A stretch of 64,000 bases of DNA from Podarcis pityusensis (lineage: Eukaryota): NCBI GenBank assembly GCA_964106645.2, contig OZ067044.1; one strand, 5' to 3'. Below the pieces are notes generated by a model. It did not search any database and was not told the origin of the DNA. It saw only the letters and a program-made list of their open reading frames with translations. Below are positions 63,239-64,000 of this stretch, one piece after another. Both the position numbers and the translations under genes were made by a program. Positions within the stretch are counted from its first letter, which is position 1; each line of letters starts with the position of its first letter.

Positions 63239-64000
63239 GGTGATTTAAGCAAACTAAATTTTAATCAGGGTAGACCCACTGAAATTAATGGACCTAAATT
63301 AGCAATGTCCGGTAATTTCAGTCTGCTCTGAGTATGACTAAGTTTTGATACAAAGCTTGGATATGAATCATACAGTTTTTATTTATCTAGATTTATTAAA
63401 CAATAAAAAGATCACTTGGTTTCCATACTCAAACACTCTAAAATAAAATTAAAGAGATATCAAATTTCTGTGTTATACAACTGTTTTTTTATATCCATAT
63501 CCTACTTTTATACAATATGAAACACAATGTTTGCTAAAGGAATATAAAGTTACATAAAGAAGATAATTTTCCACTCCTAAGTTGGTTATAGGAAAATAAC
63601 TTCTGCATTAACATAAAAATGTCATTACTACAGAAAAACTAGATTGGTTAAATAAAATGTTGTCAAAAACAAGCAAACTTCCTGAAAAATATGGAAAGCT
63701 TATTAATGCATAAACATGTCTCTGTTTAGCTCACAACACAAATAGCTGTTAACACCCTATTAAGAAGTGAAAAAAATGTCTTCAGCCTTTGCCAACTAAG
63801 GGCAAAATCCAAAAGGACTTTGGGGGAAACTTCCACAGACATCCAGGTCCCTCTGAGGCTATCACAGGCTTCTTAGGCTGCCAAAAATGATTCTCCTGTA
63901 ATTTGGAGGCCCTCTGGGGCAGACCAGAAGCAACTGCAGGTGGAAGACACCAGGAAGGGGAAGCTTCTTGGGATCACAGACTACATAGGGTACTTGTCAG

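Noticed and set aside
45274-64000. Search for PIEZO2 exon 1 and promoter; GC-rich patches at 58917-59242 and 62794-63050
   Set aside because: No MASEVV-like coding sequence was seen. The GC-rich patches are TSD-bounded hAT MITEs, not a CpG-island promoter.

Overview
Vertebrate genomic DNA, most likely from a lacertid lizard. The inference rests on Podarcis-type Sauria SINEs, Squam2/Squam3-like SINEs and Bov-B LINEs with (CAA)n tails. The window appears to lie inside the PIEZO2 gene, transcribed on the minus strand. It contains exon 2 (45178-45273, 96 nt), exon 3 (11586-11711, 126 nt), the whole ~33.5-kb intron 2 and parts of introns 1 and 3. The rest is intronic and rich in transposable elements: one 5'-truncated Bov-B with an uninterrupted 816-aa EN/RT ORF, four short Bov-B 3' ends, four Sauria SINEs, other RTE/CR1/L2 fragments, and many hAT and Tc1/mariner (Tigger- and Tc2-like) MITEs, several nested. 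Four structures stand out. (i) A TSD-flanked, inverted Penelope-like insertion whose arms carry minimal hammerhead ribozyme motifs; the core-intact copy is on the PIEZO2 sense strand. (ii) A probable solo terminal-repeat unit of a tyrosine-recombinase (DIRS/Ngaro-type) retroelement with a 5-bp core at both junctions. (iii) A young GC-rich Tc2-like MITE built from a tandem array of double hairpins. (iv) A strongly structured, probably RTE-type 5' leader. Family names are from recognition of motifs from memory, not from database searches. I found no evidence of a new protein-coding system.
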